Origin: a virus
Lineage: Duplodnaviria > Caudoviricetes
Strand: one strand, 5' to 3'
IMG/VR virus record: IMGVR_UViG_3300032092_000001
DNA length: 64,000 nt
Shown piece after piece: positions 19,524-28,581 of the stretch (position 1 is its first letter; each line of letters begins with the position of its first letter). A model generated the notes under the pieces. That model made no database searches and was not told where the DNA came from. It worked only from the letters and a program-made list of their open reading frames with translations. The position numbers were made by a program, and so were the translations under genes.

Positions 19524-20129
19524 TTAATTAGTCCAAATATTAATTTCAACCCATTGGTCATTTAAATATTTTGGGTCCTGTGGGTTATCAACACCTTGTT
19601 TATAAGGTATTGAACCTTGTTTATATCTCCCACTTACTGATGACATTCCTTTTGGCCAAGATGGTAACTTTTCTAATTGACTTCTAAAGTAATCTCCAAG
19701 TGTCCCCCCTCTTTTTTGAGATAAAGTATTAACATCTGAACCTGTCTTAGGAGTCTGTGACTCTGAAGCCACCCAACTAATTTGAAATGGTTTGTTTGAT
19801 TTCGATAAATATTCTTTAGCCTTTGTTAAAAAGTTTTGAACTTCCTGAAAGTTTCTAATGGAATCTTTATCAAGTCCTGTTTTACCCGTATTAAAATAAA
19901 ATTTATTATTTAACTTTAAAACATCTTTTAGATTTTGTTTACTAGCAGCCGATGACGTGCCGGTCTTAACATCCACACTTGTGTTTGGCGTTACCGGTCC
20001 TCCAGTTGACGGGGGGTCCGTTTCATTAATTTGGGACTCTGAAATCAAATATCCATTTTTTGTTGCGGACAAATGCATTTCAATAATTCGTTGTCTTTCA
20101 CTATCGTCAATTGTAAATAAATTTTTCAT
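19524..20129 (-). CDS. Second OmpA-C-like domain protein
   Basis: FYFNTGKT.L...ASES...LSQKRG...Q.V.I; start MKNLFTIDDSERQRIIEMH. Confidence 0.55.
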   Translation of the reverse strand: MKNLFTIDDSERQRIIEMHLSATKNGYLISESQINETDPPSTGGPVTPNTSVDVKTGTSSAASKQNLKDVLKLNNKFYFNTGKTGLDKDSIRNFQEVQNFLTKAKEYLSKSNKPFQISWVASESQTPKTGSDVNTLSQKRGGTLGDYFRSQLEKLPSWPKGMSSVSGRYKQGSIPYKQGVDNPQDPKYLNDQWVEINIWTN

Positions 20130-20190
20130 ATTAAAACATTTTATAATAAATATATGACAAAAGAGAATACTTATTAGCAAACATAAAAAT

Positions 20191-20331
20191 ATGGCTGCAA
20201 AAACATCAAAATCAACAGGAGCAACAAAGGTTACCTTTGGGACTAAAAAAACTGGAAGATATTCCAAAAAACAATCAACAAATAAGAGGTCTAAAAACTA
20301 TAAGAAATCATATAGAGGACAAGGTAGGTAA
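20191..20331 (+). CDS. Small basic peptide (46 aa)
   Basis: MAAKTSKSTGATKVTFGTKKTGRYSKKQSTNKRSKNYKKSYRGQGR; below ORF-track cutoff. Confidence 0.6.
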   Translation: MAAKTSKSTGATKVTFGTKKTGRYSKKQSTNKRSKNYKKSYRGQGR

Positions 20332-20332
20332 T

Positions 20333-20629
20333 ATGAAACAATTTATTAAAAAACAAATTGCAGATATAAAAAAATTCTCATTTGCTGAAATGACTTCCAA
20401 TAGCAATGGGAAAACATCTAGCAGTGGAACTATGGGGGTTTATGTAATCATTATTGGAGGACTTTGTTTTCTACTTGGTAGTATTGATAAAATGTTTCTA
20501 AATAAAGATATTGATGTGATGACACAATCAATAATCTTTACAGGCATCGGAGCAGCATTACTTGGTTACAGAAAATCAAAAGATAATACTGAAATTATAT
20601 CTGAAGAGGTTAAAAATGAAGAAAACTAA
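20333..20629 (+). CDS. Two-TM protein, holin-like
   Basis: Two hydrophobic helices and a charged C-terminus, directly upstream of a putative muralytic enzyme. Confidence 0.5.
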   Translation: MKQFIKKQIADIKKFSFAEMTSNSNGKTSSSGTMGVYVIIIGGLCFLLGSIDKMFLNKDIDVMTQSIIFTGIGAALLGYRKSKDNTEIISEEVKNEEN

Positions 20630-20652
20630 CATTTAGATATATTTATAATATT

Positions 20653-21414
20653 ATGACACGAAAAGAAAAACAAGTTGACAAAGTTTTAAAAACAATAACT
20701 GAAGGTAAACAACATCTTTTAGTTGAGAATCCATTACTTATGGGTTTATTAAGAATGGGATTAATGAATTACTTATTTGGTGATGCGGTTAAAACACAAG
20801 TAGATAAAGTAATTCAAAAATATCCTGAATTATCTCCAACCGAGTTATTAAAAAAGGCAGGGTTAGATGTTACCGCTTCTGACAAAGATGTTGAGGAGTA
20901 CACAAAAGATAGTTATTTAAGTAAATCTGAAAAAGAAAAATTAGGACTTGGTGATACTTCTTATGGTGTCGGAGCAATGAGTTCAAATAATGATAACAAA
21001 TTTTATGAAAGAGTTTTGAAGGATTTAGGAGCACCTGTCACTGATGGGAACATTACATTCTTAAAGGCAATTAGACAGGCGGAAGGAGCTAAAGCAAGAT
21101 ACAATCCATTTAATACAACTATGAAAAAAATGGGGTCATCTTGTTATAATGTCTTAAAGAGAGATAATTTTGGTGGATGTAAATCAGGAGTTCAAAATTA
21201 TATGAGTGAGGAGGATGGAATTGACGCAACTGTTGAGACTTTAAAATTGGGTTACTATAAAGATATTGTTAACGGATTTAAAAATGACGTAGGTCCTAAG
21301 GAATTATCAAAAAGATGGGCGTCATCACCATGGGGAACAGGAGACTTAGTTAAAAAAGTTGTTGATTCCTACTTAAAGGGTGCTAAACCATCTCCACCAC
21401 CTATTGCTCGTTAA
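20653..21414 (+). CDS. Putative lysozyme-fold peptidoglycan hydrolase
   Basis: C-terminal QAEG...YNPFNTT...GVQNY.S.EDGI.AT..TL pattern; ITE/VEN leader. Confidence 0.5.
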   Translation: MTRKEKQVDKVLKTITEGKQHLLVENPLLMGLLRMGLMNYLFGDAVKTQVDKVIQKYPELSPTELLKKAGLDVTASDKDVEEYTKDSYLSKSEKEKLGLGDTSYGVGAMSSNNDNKFYERVLKDLGAPVTDGNITFLKAIRQAEGAKARYNPFNTTMKKMGSSCYNVLKRDNFGGCKSGVQNYMSEEDGIDATVETLKLGYYKDIVNGFKNDVGPKELSKRWASSPWGTGDLVKKVVDSYLKGAKPSPPPIAR

Positions 21415-21637
21415 TTAACGAATATTTCTTAATTTTTCTATCAAGATGTTGATTTAATTGGTCTACAAAAAAATTAAATCCGTCTTCATTGACTGAATCA
21501 AAATCATCGGACCAATGTTTGTTCTTATACTGTTTAATTAAATTTTCACAACATTCAATTTGAGTATACGATGTTACAGAGTCAATTATTTTTTTAACCC
21601 ATTCAAAATCTTTTTCCATTGGGCTAATATAAGTCAT
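21401..21637 (-). CDS. Hypothetical protein
   Basis: 78-aa ORF coupled to neighbour. Confidence 0.6.
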   Translation of the reverse strand: MTYISPMEKDFEWVKKIIDSVTSYTQIECCENLIKQYKNKHWSDDFDSVNEDGFNFFVDQLNQHLDRKIKKYSLINEQ

Positions 21638-22020
21638 TAGTTATATAACAAAGCAACGTACTGAGGATATTTTTTCTCAAATACTCTTGCCATAATTCCG
21701 GCTTCAGTATTTGCATAATCTTCTTGTGATTGAGTATTATACCCTTGTAACTTTATTTTTCTTTGTCTTGCAAATTCATGAGTCCATTCATGAGCAATTG
21801 TTCTAATAATATCAAGTAACATTCTATTATCCGCCAAAACCTTAATTAAACCCGTTATCTCGCTACCGGTTGACATAGCCCCCATTCTCTCACTCATTAA
21901 AATAATCTCAACGTCTCTTTTAAGTGGTGAGTTTTCTTGGGCGAATTTTAAAAAATCTCTAATAACCTGAATCTTATCTTGCCCTAAATCTTTTACTCTA
22001 TTTACAATTTTAACTTTCAT
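21637..22020 (-). CDS. Small zincin-like (HExxH) protein
   Basis: RTIAHEWTHE...E..AN. Confidence 0.6.
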   Translation of the reverse strand: MKVKIVNRVKDLGQDKIQVIRDFLKFAQENSPLKRDVEIILMSERMGAMSTGSEITGLIKVLADNRMLLDIIRTIAHEWTHEFARQRKIKLQGYNTQSQEDYANTEAGIMARVFEKKYPQYVALLYN

Positions 22021-22082
22021 ACTGATAAATATTTGTCTTAGTTGATTAAATTTACTATATTTAATTGTAAAGAAAACTAATC

Positions 22083-22433
22083 ATGCGGAAAGATTTAAGT
22101 TTAGTTGATATTCTTAATAAAACAATCACATCTGAATTTCCTGTAATAAAAAAAGTGGAAATGACAAATAAAAAAATCTATGACGGATTCATTGATTTTA
22201 AATTTGTTCTTTTTTTAACTAAAGATGATTTATTTAAAATATTAGGAGTCACTGATGATTCATTAATACTTGATTTAATTTTTAAAAATGATGAAGTGAA
22301 TGATTTTTGGTTCAAGTATAAAGTGACCGATAATTTTGATTACAAGACAATAAGACACAGACTAAAAAATATTTGTAAGTTCTATTATAACGAAAAGATA
22401 CAAAATTTTGACGTGGTTATTAAACTTTTATGA
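22083..22433 (+). CDS. Hypothetical protein
   Basis: 116-aa ORF. Confidence 0.6.
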   Translation: MRKDLSLVDILNKTITSEFPVIKKVEMTNKKIYDGFIDFKFVLFLTKDDLFKILGVTDDSLILDLIFKNDEVNDFWFKYKVTDNFDYKTIRHRLKNICKFYYNEKIQNFDVVIKLL

Positions 22434-22702
22434 TGAAAAAATTCTATGAGGCGTATCTGAATAAACTTTATAAAAAGGACATTGACATTTTTTTTGGTGA
22501 GGGTTCAAAAATTGTAATTACTAGTTTAGGATACTCAACAAATTTAAAACAGATTCATATGTCGGCAAAGTTATTTCCAACTAACTCAGAATTTGCAGTT
22601 GAGATTTTTCCTGAAGGTTTGGAAATGTTAATTACGGAATCTTGGAAATTTATGGGAATTGATGAATTTGAAATAATGTTAACTAGCTCAATGGAACACT
22701 AA
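22430..22702 (+). CDS. Hypothetical protein
   Basis: 90-aa ORF, ATGA coupling. Confidence 0.6.
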   Translation: MMKKFYEAYLNKLYKKDIDIFFGEGSKIVITSLGYSTNLKQIHMSAKLFPTNSEFAVEIFPEGLEMLITESWKFMGIDEFEIMLTSSMEH

Positions 22703-22703
22703 T

Positions 22704-23057
22704 ATGGCACATCCAATTTTACATTCCAAATCATCCGCAAAAAAGTTTGGGGGAATATGGGAAGATTATATACACCTACACGAATGGATGGATGAAACTA
22801 AGGGTTGGTACGGGCACTCAACTCATAGAATGTTTAGACATCATTCTGAAGGTATTTTTGAAATGGAGAAAAGGTTCGGACCTGAATTTAAAAATAGTGA
22901 AGGAAAGACTGTGTATACCAGATATGTTGGAGAGCAACATGTTAGAGAAGACTGCAATAACTACATCCCAACGGCAAAGGAGTGGATTGATGCAATTGAA
23001 TCAAAGTCAAGACCGTTATGGATGATGAAAACTATGAAATTAGAATTTGAAGACTAA
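22704..23057 (+). CDS. His-rich conserved protein, DUF6915-like
   Basis: MAHP..H..SSAKKFGG..EDY..LH.W.D...RHHSEGIF...VGEQHV.ED. Confidence 0.6.
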   Translation: MAHPILHSKSSAKKFGGIWEDYIHLHEWMDETKGWYGHSTHRMFRHHSEGIFEMEKRFGPEFKNSEGKTVYTRYVGEQHVREDCNNYIPTAKEWIDAIESKSRPLWMMKTMKLEFED

Positions 23058-23068
23058 TATTTATTAAT

Positions 23069-23779
23069 ATGGGAATATCAGAATTGAGAGATTATTTGGA
23101 AACCGAGGTTTCAAAAAAGATGATAAAATTATTATCTAAAATCATGAAGAGTTATAATAGAGAACGTCTCTATCAAACAATTACAATATATAATGGTGAT
23201 GATGTTAATTATTATTTTTCACCTCATACAGAATCGGGCTCAATTGAACTTCCTCCATCTATAACAAATTATTTAGACAATCTTTATGAAAAAATATCTA
23301 ATATGGATATTGAAAGTAATGAAGATGATGTTAACTATTCAACAATAGAAGTTATTTTTGATTTTGATGACGACGTGTTTAAAGTATGGATGACTGATTA
23401 CGTATACGAAACTCAATCGTTTTCAACTGAAAGTGAGTTAGATGAAAACGATGAAAAAGAAATTATTGAAACTTTAAACCAATGGTTGAGTGAAGGTCAT
23501 AAATTTGTTAAAGTTGATTATAGTGGAGGTGGTGATAGTGGATATATTGAAAGTAATGGATATGGTGAAGGTGGGATTAATGATATTGGAATTCCAGCAG
23601 GTTTTGAGGACTATATCTATCAAATGCTTGAATCAAATTACGGTGGGTGGGAAATAAATGAAGGTTCTCAAGGAACCTTCATAATTAATACTGAAGAAAA
23701 GACTGTTACTTTAGAACACAACATGAACGATGAACGTCCTGTTGATAGTGAGTTACTAAAAGTACATTTAAACTATTAA
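23069..23779 (+). CDS. Acidic protein, C-terminal DUF6878-like domain
   Basis: VDYSGGGDSG...GGWEINEGSQG. Confidence 0.5.
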   Translation: MGISELRDYLETEVSKKMIKLLSKIMKSYNRERLYQTITIYNGDDVNYYFSPHTESGSIELPPSITNYLDNLYEKISNMDIESNEDDVNYSTIEVIFDFDDDVFKVWMTDYVYETQSFSTESELDENDEKEIIETLNQWLSEGHKFVKVDYSGGGDSGYIESNGYGEGGINDIGIPAGFEDYIYQMLESNYGGWEINEGSQGTFIINTEEKTVTLEHNMNDERPVDSELLKVHLNY

Positions 23780-24102
23780 TAAACTTGTATTGTTCTTTGT
23801 GGTCTGTCATCACCAAAATCAGGACAGAAATATACATTTACTCCGTCGTGATAGATTGCACCACCAACACCATTAGGTATCTTGTGTTTCTCATGGAATT
23901 TATCACCTAAGTCAATTTGATAATTTCCATCAGCAACTTTTATACACTTATTTTCCATTTCGTAACCACAATGATATTGTTGGTTTTTATTTTTATGTTT
24001 CATAAATTCATCAAATGACATTACAAATGATGCATTTTCATTCATTACTTTTTTAACAACTTTTCCTAATTGTCTTTCTGTTATCAAAATATTCTTTTTC
24101 AT
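23776..24102 (-). CDS. Hypothetical protein with LITE leader
   Basis: MKKNILITERQL..VVKKVMNE. Confidence 0.7.
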   Translation of the reverse strand: MKKNILITERQLGKVVKKVMNENASFVMSFDEFMKHKNKNQQYHCGYEMENKCIKVADGNYQIDLGDKFHEKHKIPNGVGGAIYHDGVNVYFCPDFGDDRPQRTIQVY

Positions 24103-24115
24103 ATTACTATAAATA

Positions 24116-25834
24116 TTAACTTATATTATAATTACCATTAAGATACATTTCCGCTTCAGAATTTCTTCTGTTAACTAATCCCTGTAATCCTAATGTTTTA
24201 AAATTTCTAATCTGTTCCGCAGCCCTTTTATGGTCTCCTTTCTTAACTGACTGAATGAAGTCAGATTGTCTAACCCCACCACATCCAGCATTAAACGCTA
24301 ATGACACTAATGCGTCAAATTGACCCTGAGTTATCATATAACTTTTAAGTCCTTTTGATTTCCATTCAGATAAAAAATTCCTAACACAGTCCGCAAACTC
24401 TTTAGCATCATTGTATAGTAATTTTAAAGCCCTTGTTTCATCTATAGTCATTCCCATTCTAACATCATCACCAGTGTGACCCCATCCAATAGTTGCAACA
24501 CCAACGCTGTCTTTATATGCTTGTAATGCCGGCTTGCCCTTTAATTTTGCCAATCCCTCGGCGTACTTAATATGGTCCCAAAAATCCTGACTAACTTTCA
24601 TTTTAGTACCATCTTGTAAATTACTTTCCTCAGGTACGTCTACAGGTTTTACAATTGGTTGTGGTTTATCATACTTTGTCATAGTACTATCCGACGCTGC
24701 GGTAATATCAGGCATTTTTATTTTTTGCTCATTAACTTCAGGTTTCAATACCGTCATGGACTCAGGAAATTCTTTACTTAAAAATTCTCTGTTTTTACCC
24801 TTATATGGAATATTTTGTAAAACGTATCTAATTGCATTTAAACCTGATACTCTCTTATCATTGGCATCCAATATTACCCAAGGGTGATTAACCGTTGAGG
24901 TTTTGTCAAATAATTTTTGTTTAAACTCTGAGAATCGGTCCCACATGTCTTGCATTTTCTCGTCATTAGGGGAGTATTTCCAATACTTTAATGGTGACGC
25001 TTGTCTCATCTGAAATCTAGTTGCCTGAGTCTCCTTATCAATTGAGAACCATAATTTAAACAAATAATCTCCATCTTTAACTAAGTCTTTTTCAAAGTCT
25101 TCAACGTTTTCCATAAAGTCTTCATATTCCTCTGGAGAACCGTATCCCATCACTGGTTCAACAAGTCCTCTATTATACCAACTTCTATCAAAGAAATTAA
25201 TCATTCCTTTTCTAATTTGACTTCTATATCTATCCCACCATGCTTTTCTCTCCTCAGGTGTTGGTATTCCCAATGCAATGATGTTGTAATATCTTGGATT
25301 TAAATTCTCAGTGTACTTTTTAATAGTTGAACCCTTACCCGCAGAATCTCTACCCTCAAAAACAATTATGACAGTTTTACCGGTACTTTTAATCCACTCT
25401 TGCATTTTAAGTAACTCAACTTGTAAATGATATAACTCCTCGTTATAAACTTTCTTTTTAATTAATGAAGGTTCTTGTGGTTCAAATGAAAACTCTTCAA
25501 AATCAGGTTCGTTACTTATGAAATCTTCTTTTTTTCTTTTCTTTAATACCTTTATAATATTTTCAAAATACTTGGTAATGTTTTTTTCTTTATTACCTTT
25601 TTTCATTAAAACATTTCTAACATTTCTCTCAAGTAAGTCAAAATTAATGGTTTGATTAAAACCCATATCCATAATATCATACAATAGAATCTCAAGGTTC
25701 TTTGTGTAGATATTATATTGTTTTAGAATATCCGCAATCTCATTCTCATATTGTTCTGTCGGTTTCTCCTCTTCGTTTAATTGAGTTCCGAGTAATTGTT
25801 TGTATCTGCTGATTTCAGAAATTAATTTTTTCAT
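24116..25834 (-). CDS. ppk2: Fusion: leader + polyphosphate kinase 2 + GH24 (phage lysozyme)
   Basis: PPK2: LQVEL.K.Q, FEGRDSAGKG, FDRSWYNR, KLWFSI; GH24: AEG...AYKDSVGVATIGWGHT, QFDALVS.AFN.G, GL.NRR..E; single uninterrupted frame. Confidence 0.85.
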   Translation of the reverse strand: MKKLISEISRYKQLLGTQLNEEEKPTEQYENEIADILKQYNIYTKNLEILLYDIMDMGFNQTINFDLLERNVRNVLMKKGNKEKNITKYFENIIKVLKKRKKEDFISNEPDFEEFSFEPQEPSLIKKKVYNEELYHLQVELLKMQEWIKSTGKTVIIVFEGRDSAGKGSTIKKYTENLNPRYYNIIALGIPTPEERKAWWDRYRSQIRKGMINFFDRSWYNRGLVEPVMGYGSPEEYEDFMENVEDFEKDLVKDGDYLFKLWFSIDKETQATRFQMRQASPLKYWKYSPNDEKMQDMWDRFSEFKQKLFDKTSTVNHPWVILDANDKRVSGLNAIRYVLQNIPYKGKNREFLSKEFPESMTVLKPEVNEQKIKMPDITAASDSTMTKYDKPQPIVKPVDVPEESNLQDGTKMKVSQDFWDHIKYAEGLAKLKGKPALQAYKDSVGVATIGWGHTGDDVRMGMTIDETRALKLLYNDAKEFADCVRNFLSEWKSKGLKSYMITQGQFDALVSLAFNAGCGGVRQSDFIQSVKKGDHKRAAEQIRNFKTLGLQGLVNRRNSEAEMYLNGNYNIS

Positions 25835-25899
25835 ATAATATAAATATTACGAAAAAATAATTGATTGTTTTTTAAATTACACTATATTTAATAAAAAGT

Positions 25900-25967
25900 A
25901 TGAGAAATAAATTGCGAAACATATATAATTTATACAGAATGTCCTGACAATTGTCAGGATTTTTTTT
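25900..25967 (+). promoter_or_regulatory. Leader peptide plus terminator (attenuator-like)
   Basis: MRNKLRNIYNLYRMS* (25900-25947), stop inside the perfect palindrome TCCTGACAATTGTCAGGA followed by a T run, upstream of the AsnRS-like gene. Confidence 0.55.
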
Positions 25968-26004
25968 GCCCATACGTTAACAATAAACAAAAAAATAAAA
26001 AAAA

Positions 26005-26832
26005 ATGAAAGACACAAAAACTTATGACGAGTTAGTTCAAAAAATGAGAACATTCTTCCAAGAAAAAGGATTTAAAGAAGTTCCAACACAATCAAGATTG
26101 TCAATTTTGGCAGCATGTGAGAATCCTCACTCAATAACAACATTCAATTATCAAGGAGAAGTTTGGCCGTTACCACAGACAGGTCAAATGTGGTTAGAAT
26201 ACGAACTTCTTAAAAATCCTGAATGGAATGGTGTATATTGTATCTCAACATCATATAGACAAGAGAAGGACCCAATTCCTGGAAGACATGAATTAATTTT
26301 CCCTATGTTTGAATTTGAATCAAAAGGAGGAATGAAAGAAATGATAAAACTTGAATCTGAACTTTTGGATTACTTAGGGTTTGATAAACCAATTGAGGTT
26401 AACTACGATGATGTTTGTGAAGAATATGGTGGAGTCCCAATTTTAGAAAACGAACATGAAACAAGAATGTGGGAAGAGAAAGGTCCTGTTGTTTCTCTTC
26501 AGAATTTCCCATACAGAACCAATCCATTTTGGAATATGCGAGAAAGTGAAAATAGAATATTCAATAAAGTTGATGTGATTCTCTACGGACAAGAAACAAT
26601 TGGTTCGGCAGAAAGAAGTTCTAATGTAGAAGAAATGAGAAATAACTTCTACACTATTGAAAACGGTGGATATTCTGCCAAACTATTTGAACTATTCGGT
26701 AAAGAAAGAGTTGAGAAAGAATTAGAAGAATTCCTATCGTTTGATTTCTTCCCTCGTTTTGGTGGAGGAATCGGAATGACAAGACTCGCAAGAGCTTATC
26801 AGTTAATGATGGAAGAAGTAGAAACTGTATAA
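26005..26832 (+). CDS. Class II aaRS-like catalytic domain only (AsnRS/AspRS paralogue; asparagine synthetase-like)
   Basis: Motif 2 YRQE...RH..IFPMFEFE, motif 3 GGGIGMTRL, ETIGSAER; no anticodon-binding domain. Confidence 0.75.
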   Translation: MKDTKTYDELVQKMRTFFQEKGFKEVPTQSRLSILAACENPHSITTFNYQGEVWPLPQTGQMWLEYELLKNPEWNGVYCISTSYRQEKDPIPGRHELIFPMFEFESKGGMKEMIKLESELLDYLGFDKPIEVNYDDVCEEYGGVPILENEHETRMWEEKGPVVSLQNFPYRTNPFWNMRESENRIFNKVDVILYGQETIGSAERSSNVEEMRNNFYTIENGGYSAKLFELFGKERVEKELEEFLSFDFFPRFGGGIGMTRLARAYQLMMEEVETV

Positions 26833-26836
26833 AATG

Positions 26837-26867
26837 AAAATCCCCTCTAATTTGAGGGGATTTTTTT
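26837..26867. terminator. Bidirectional terminator
   Basis: AAAATCCCCTC-TAATTT-GAGGGGATTTT. Confidence 0.8.
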
Positions 26868-27030
26868 ATTCTTTAATTTCCGACATTAAACGTCCCCACA
26901 ACAACATCTGAATAATACCCAAAAGAATTCCAATAGTCAAAATTGACTTATTCGGAGCATTAACAATCAAAATCATATCTACCGCCAAAGCCATCATACA
27001 AGCGGTCATTTTAAGTTTTAAGTTTTTCAT
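26866..27030 (-). CDS. Small protein (54 aa) with hydrophobic N-terminus
   Basis: MKNLKLKMTACMMALAVDMILIV...; TATATTTG promoter upstream. Confidence 0.5.
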   Translation of the reverse strand: MKNLKLKMTACMMALAVDMILIVNAPNKSILTIGILLGIIQMLLWGRLMSEIKE

Positions 27031-27072
27031 AGTTGTGTTGTGGTTTTAATTATTTCTACAAATATAGAATAA

Positions 27073-27096
27073 AAAACCCACATTTCTGTGGGTTTT
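27073..27096 (-). terminator. Intrinsic terminator
   Basis: AAAACCCACA-TTTC-TGTGGGTTTT. Confidence 0.7.
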
Positions 27097-27115
27097 AATA
27101 TTTTTTTATAAGAAA

Positions 27116-27592
27116 TTAAAATCTTACAGGTGGTACCACAACAGTTCCTCCACCGCCACAAGGACATCCGCATTTCTTTTGCCAATATGACGGCCATTTA
27201 CATGGATTAGCACAAGTAGACGCACAATTTCCAGGTGCAATATCTTCTTTTACATCTCCATCGCGTTGTAATCTTTTTTTCTTTCTTTGTTCTCCGATTT
27301 CACCACCATTATCGTTAGATTGCATGTCTTTAATTGCTGACATCATTTCTTTCGCCTCTTTTTTCTTACCTGACTTCATTAATTCTTTAGCGTATGCTTT
27401 AAGGATGTCATACCCGGCAATACCTAATAAACCAATTGTAGTTCCAACAATTGTTAAAATTGCATCACCTGTTTCCAACGCTACCGGTAAATACTCCTGC
27501 TCATTTACTGATTTTTTTCTTTTTGTTTCAGTTACCAAATTTTTGATTAAATCTGTTAATTCAGATTCTGTTAGTCTTATTTTCTTTTTCAT
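27116..27592 (-). CDS. RLTESEL-leader protein with TM helix and Cys-rich tail
   Basis: MKKKIRLTESEL; ILTIVGTTIGLLGIAG; CASTCANPC...CGCPC. Confidence 0.7.
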   Translation of the reverse strand: MKKKIRLTESELTDLIKNLVTETKRKKSVNEQEYLPVALETGDAILTIVGTTIGLLGIAGYDILKAYAKELMKSGKKKEAKEMMSAIKDMQSNDNGGEIGEQRKKKRLQRDGDVKEDIAPGNCASTCANPCKWPSYWQKKCGCPCGGGGTVVVPPVRF

Positions 27593-27593
27593 T

Positions 27594-28520
27594 TTATATA
27601 TTATTACAACATTTAGTCTTATTTAATAAATACTTAGATAGTTCACTTTGGTATAAAAAACCTTCATTTGTTTTTCTTTTTTCCTTACTATTTTTTTGGA
27701 AATATTTAAACACCACTCTACCACAATCATATATTACATACGATTTTTCATTACTTTCAACGTCAGTCATTTCCATTTCAACAGTTAAATAATCATCTTC
27801 CTGAATATACGTAGCGTTTACAACTTTAAAAATTTTTGGTTCTTTAATTTTCCTATCTTCAAAAATATAAGTTTTACCAATTAAAAATTCTAATTCTGAC
27901 GGTACCTCTACAATCTTGTCTAATTCTAATGTTAATATTTCCTTATCTTTATTCTCTTTAAATTTATCGTCTATCACATATTGTTTGTCAGTATATCCGT
28001 CTTTAGTTATTATAATATTAAAGTCGTAGGTACTGTCAAATTTAACTTTCCCATCACTGTTAGTTTTTAAAGTCACATCCTCACCTAATTTATTTTTTGT
28101 TTGTATAACACACTCAGGTAGTGGGGACTTAGACACCGAGTCAACAATCAGTAAATCAAATTGGTTTACCCGTATTTCAAGTGTTTTCAATGACAATGAA
28201 TCTTTAAGTGTCACATTAATTTCAGTTTCGTCAATTTTAGGAGTAATTTCTTGAGGCTCCATTCCAACAAATGTTACGTTTACTGAAGGTCCAACAAAAT
28301 TGTTTAAGATTCCAATTCCATTTACATCCGTCACCGCTCCGTTTGTCCTGTCTCCAGAATCAATCACCGTAACAAATTCTAATGGTTTATTACGTTCATC
28401 AAAAACTTTAATTTTTAATGTTCTTTTTTCCTCAAATAAATATTGCTTATTTAACGCATTAATATGCATTTCTAAAATTCTATCTCTTTCTTCAGATGAA
28501 ATCTCAAATAAATTTTTCAT
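27594..28520 (-). CDS. Protein with two CarboxypepD_reg-like (transthyretin-like) domains
   Basis: V.DE.NKPLEFVTVI...TD.NG...VTFVGM and a second D..SKSPL...TNSDG..K.GY repeat; ISSEERDRILEMH leader. Confidence 0.65.
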   Translation of the reverse strand: MKNLFEISSEERDRILEMHINALNKQYLFEEKRTLKIKVFDERNKPLEFVTVIDSGDRTNGAVTDVNGIGILNNFVGPSVNVTFVGMEPQEITPKIDETEINVTLKDSLSLKTLEIRVNQFDLLIVDSVSKSPLPECVIQTKNKLGEDVTLKTNSDGKVKFDSTYDFNIIITKDGYTDKQYVIDDKFKENKDKEILTLELDKIVEVPSELEFLIGKTYIFEDRKIKEPKIFKVVNATYIQEDDYLTVEMEMTDVESNEKSYVIYDCGRVVFKYFQKNSKEKRKTNEGFLYQSELSKYLLNKTKCCNNI

Positions 28521-28581
28521 AATTCTATTAATAAATATAAAGCTTAGTTGATTATATTAAACTAAAGAATTAATATTGGGT

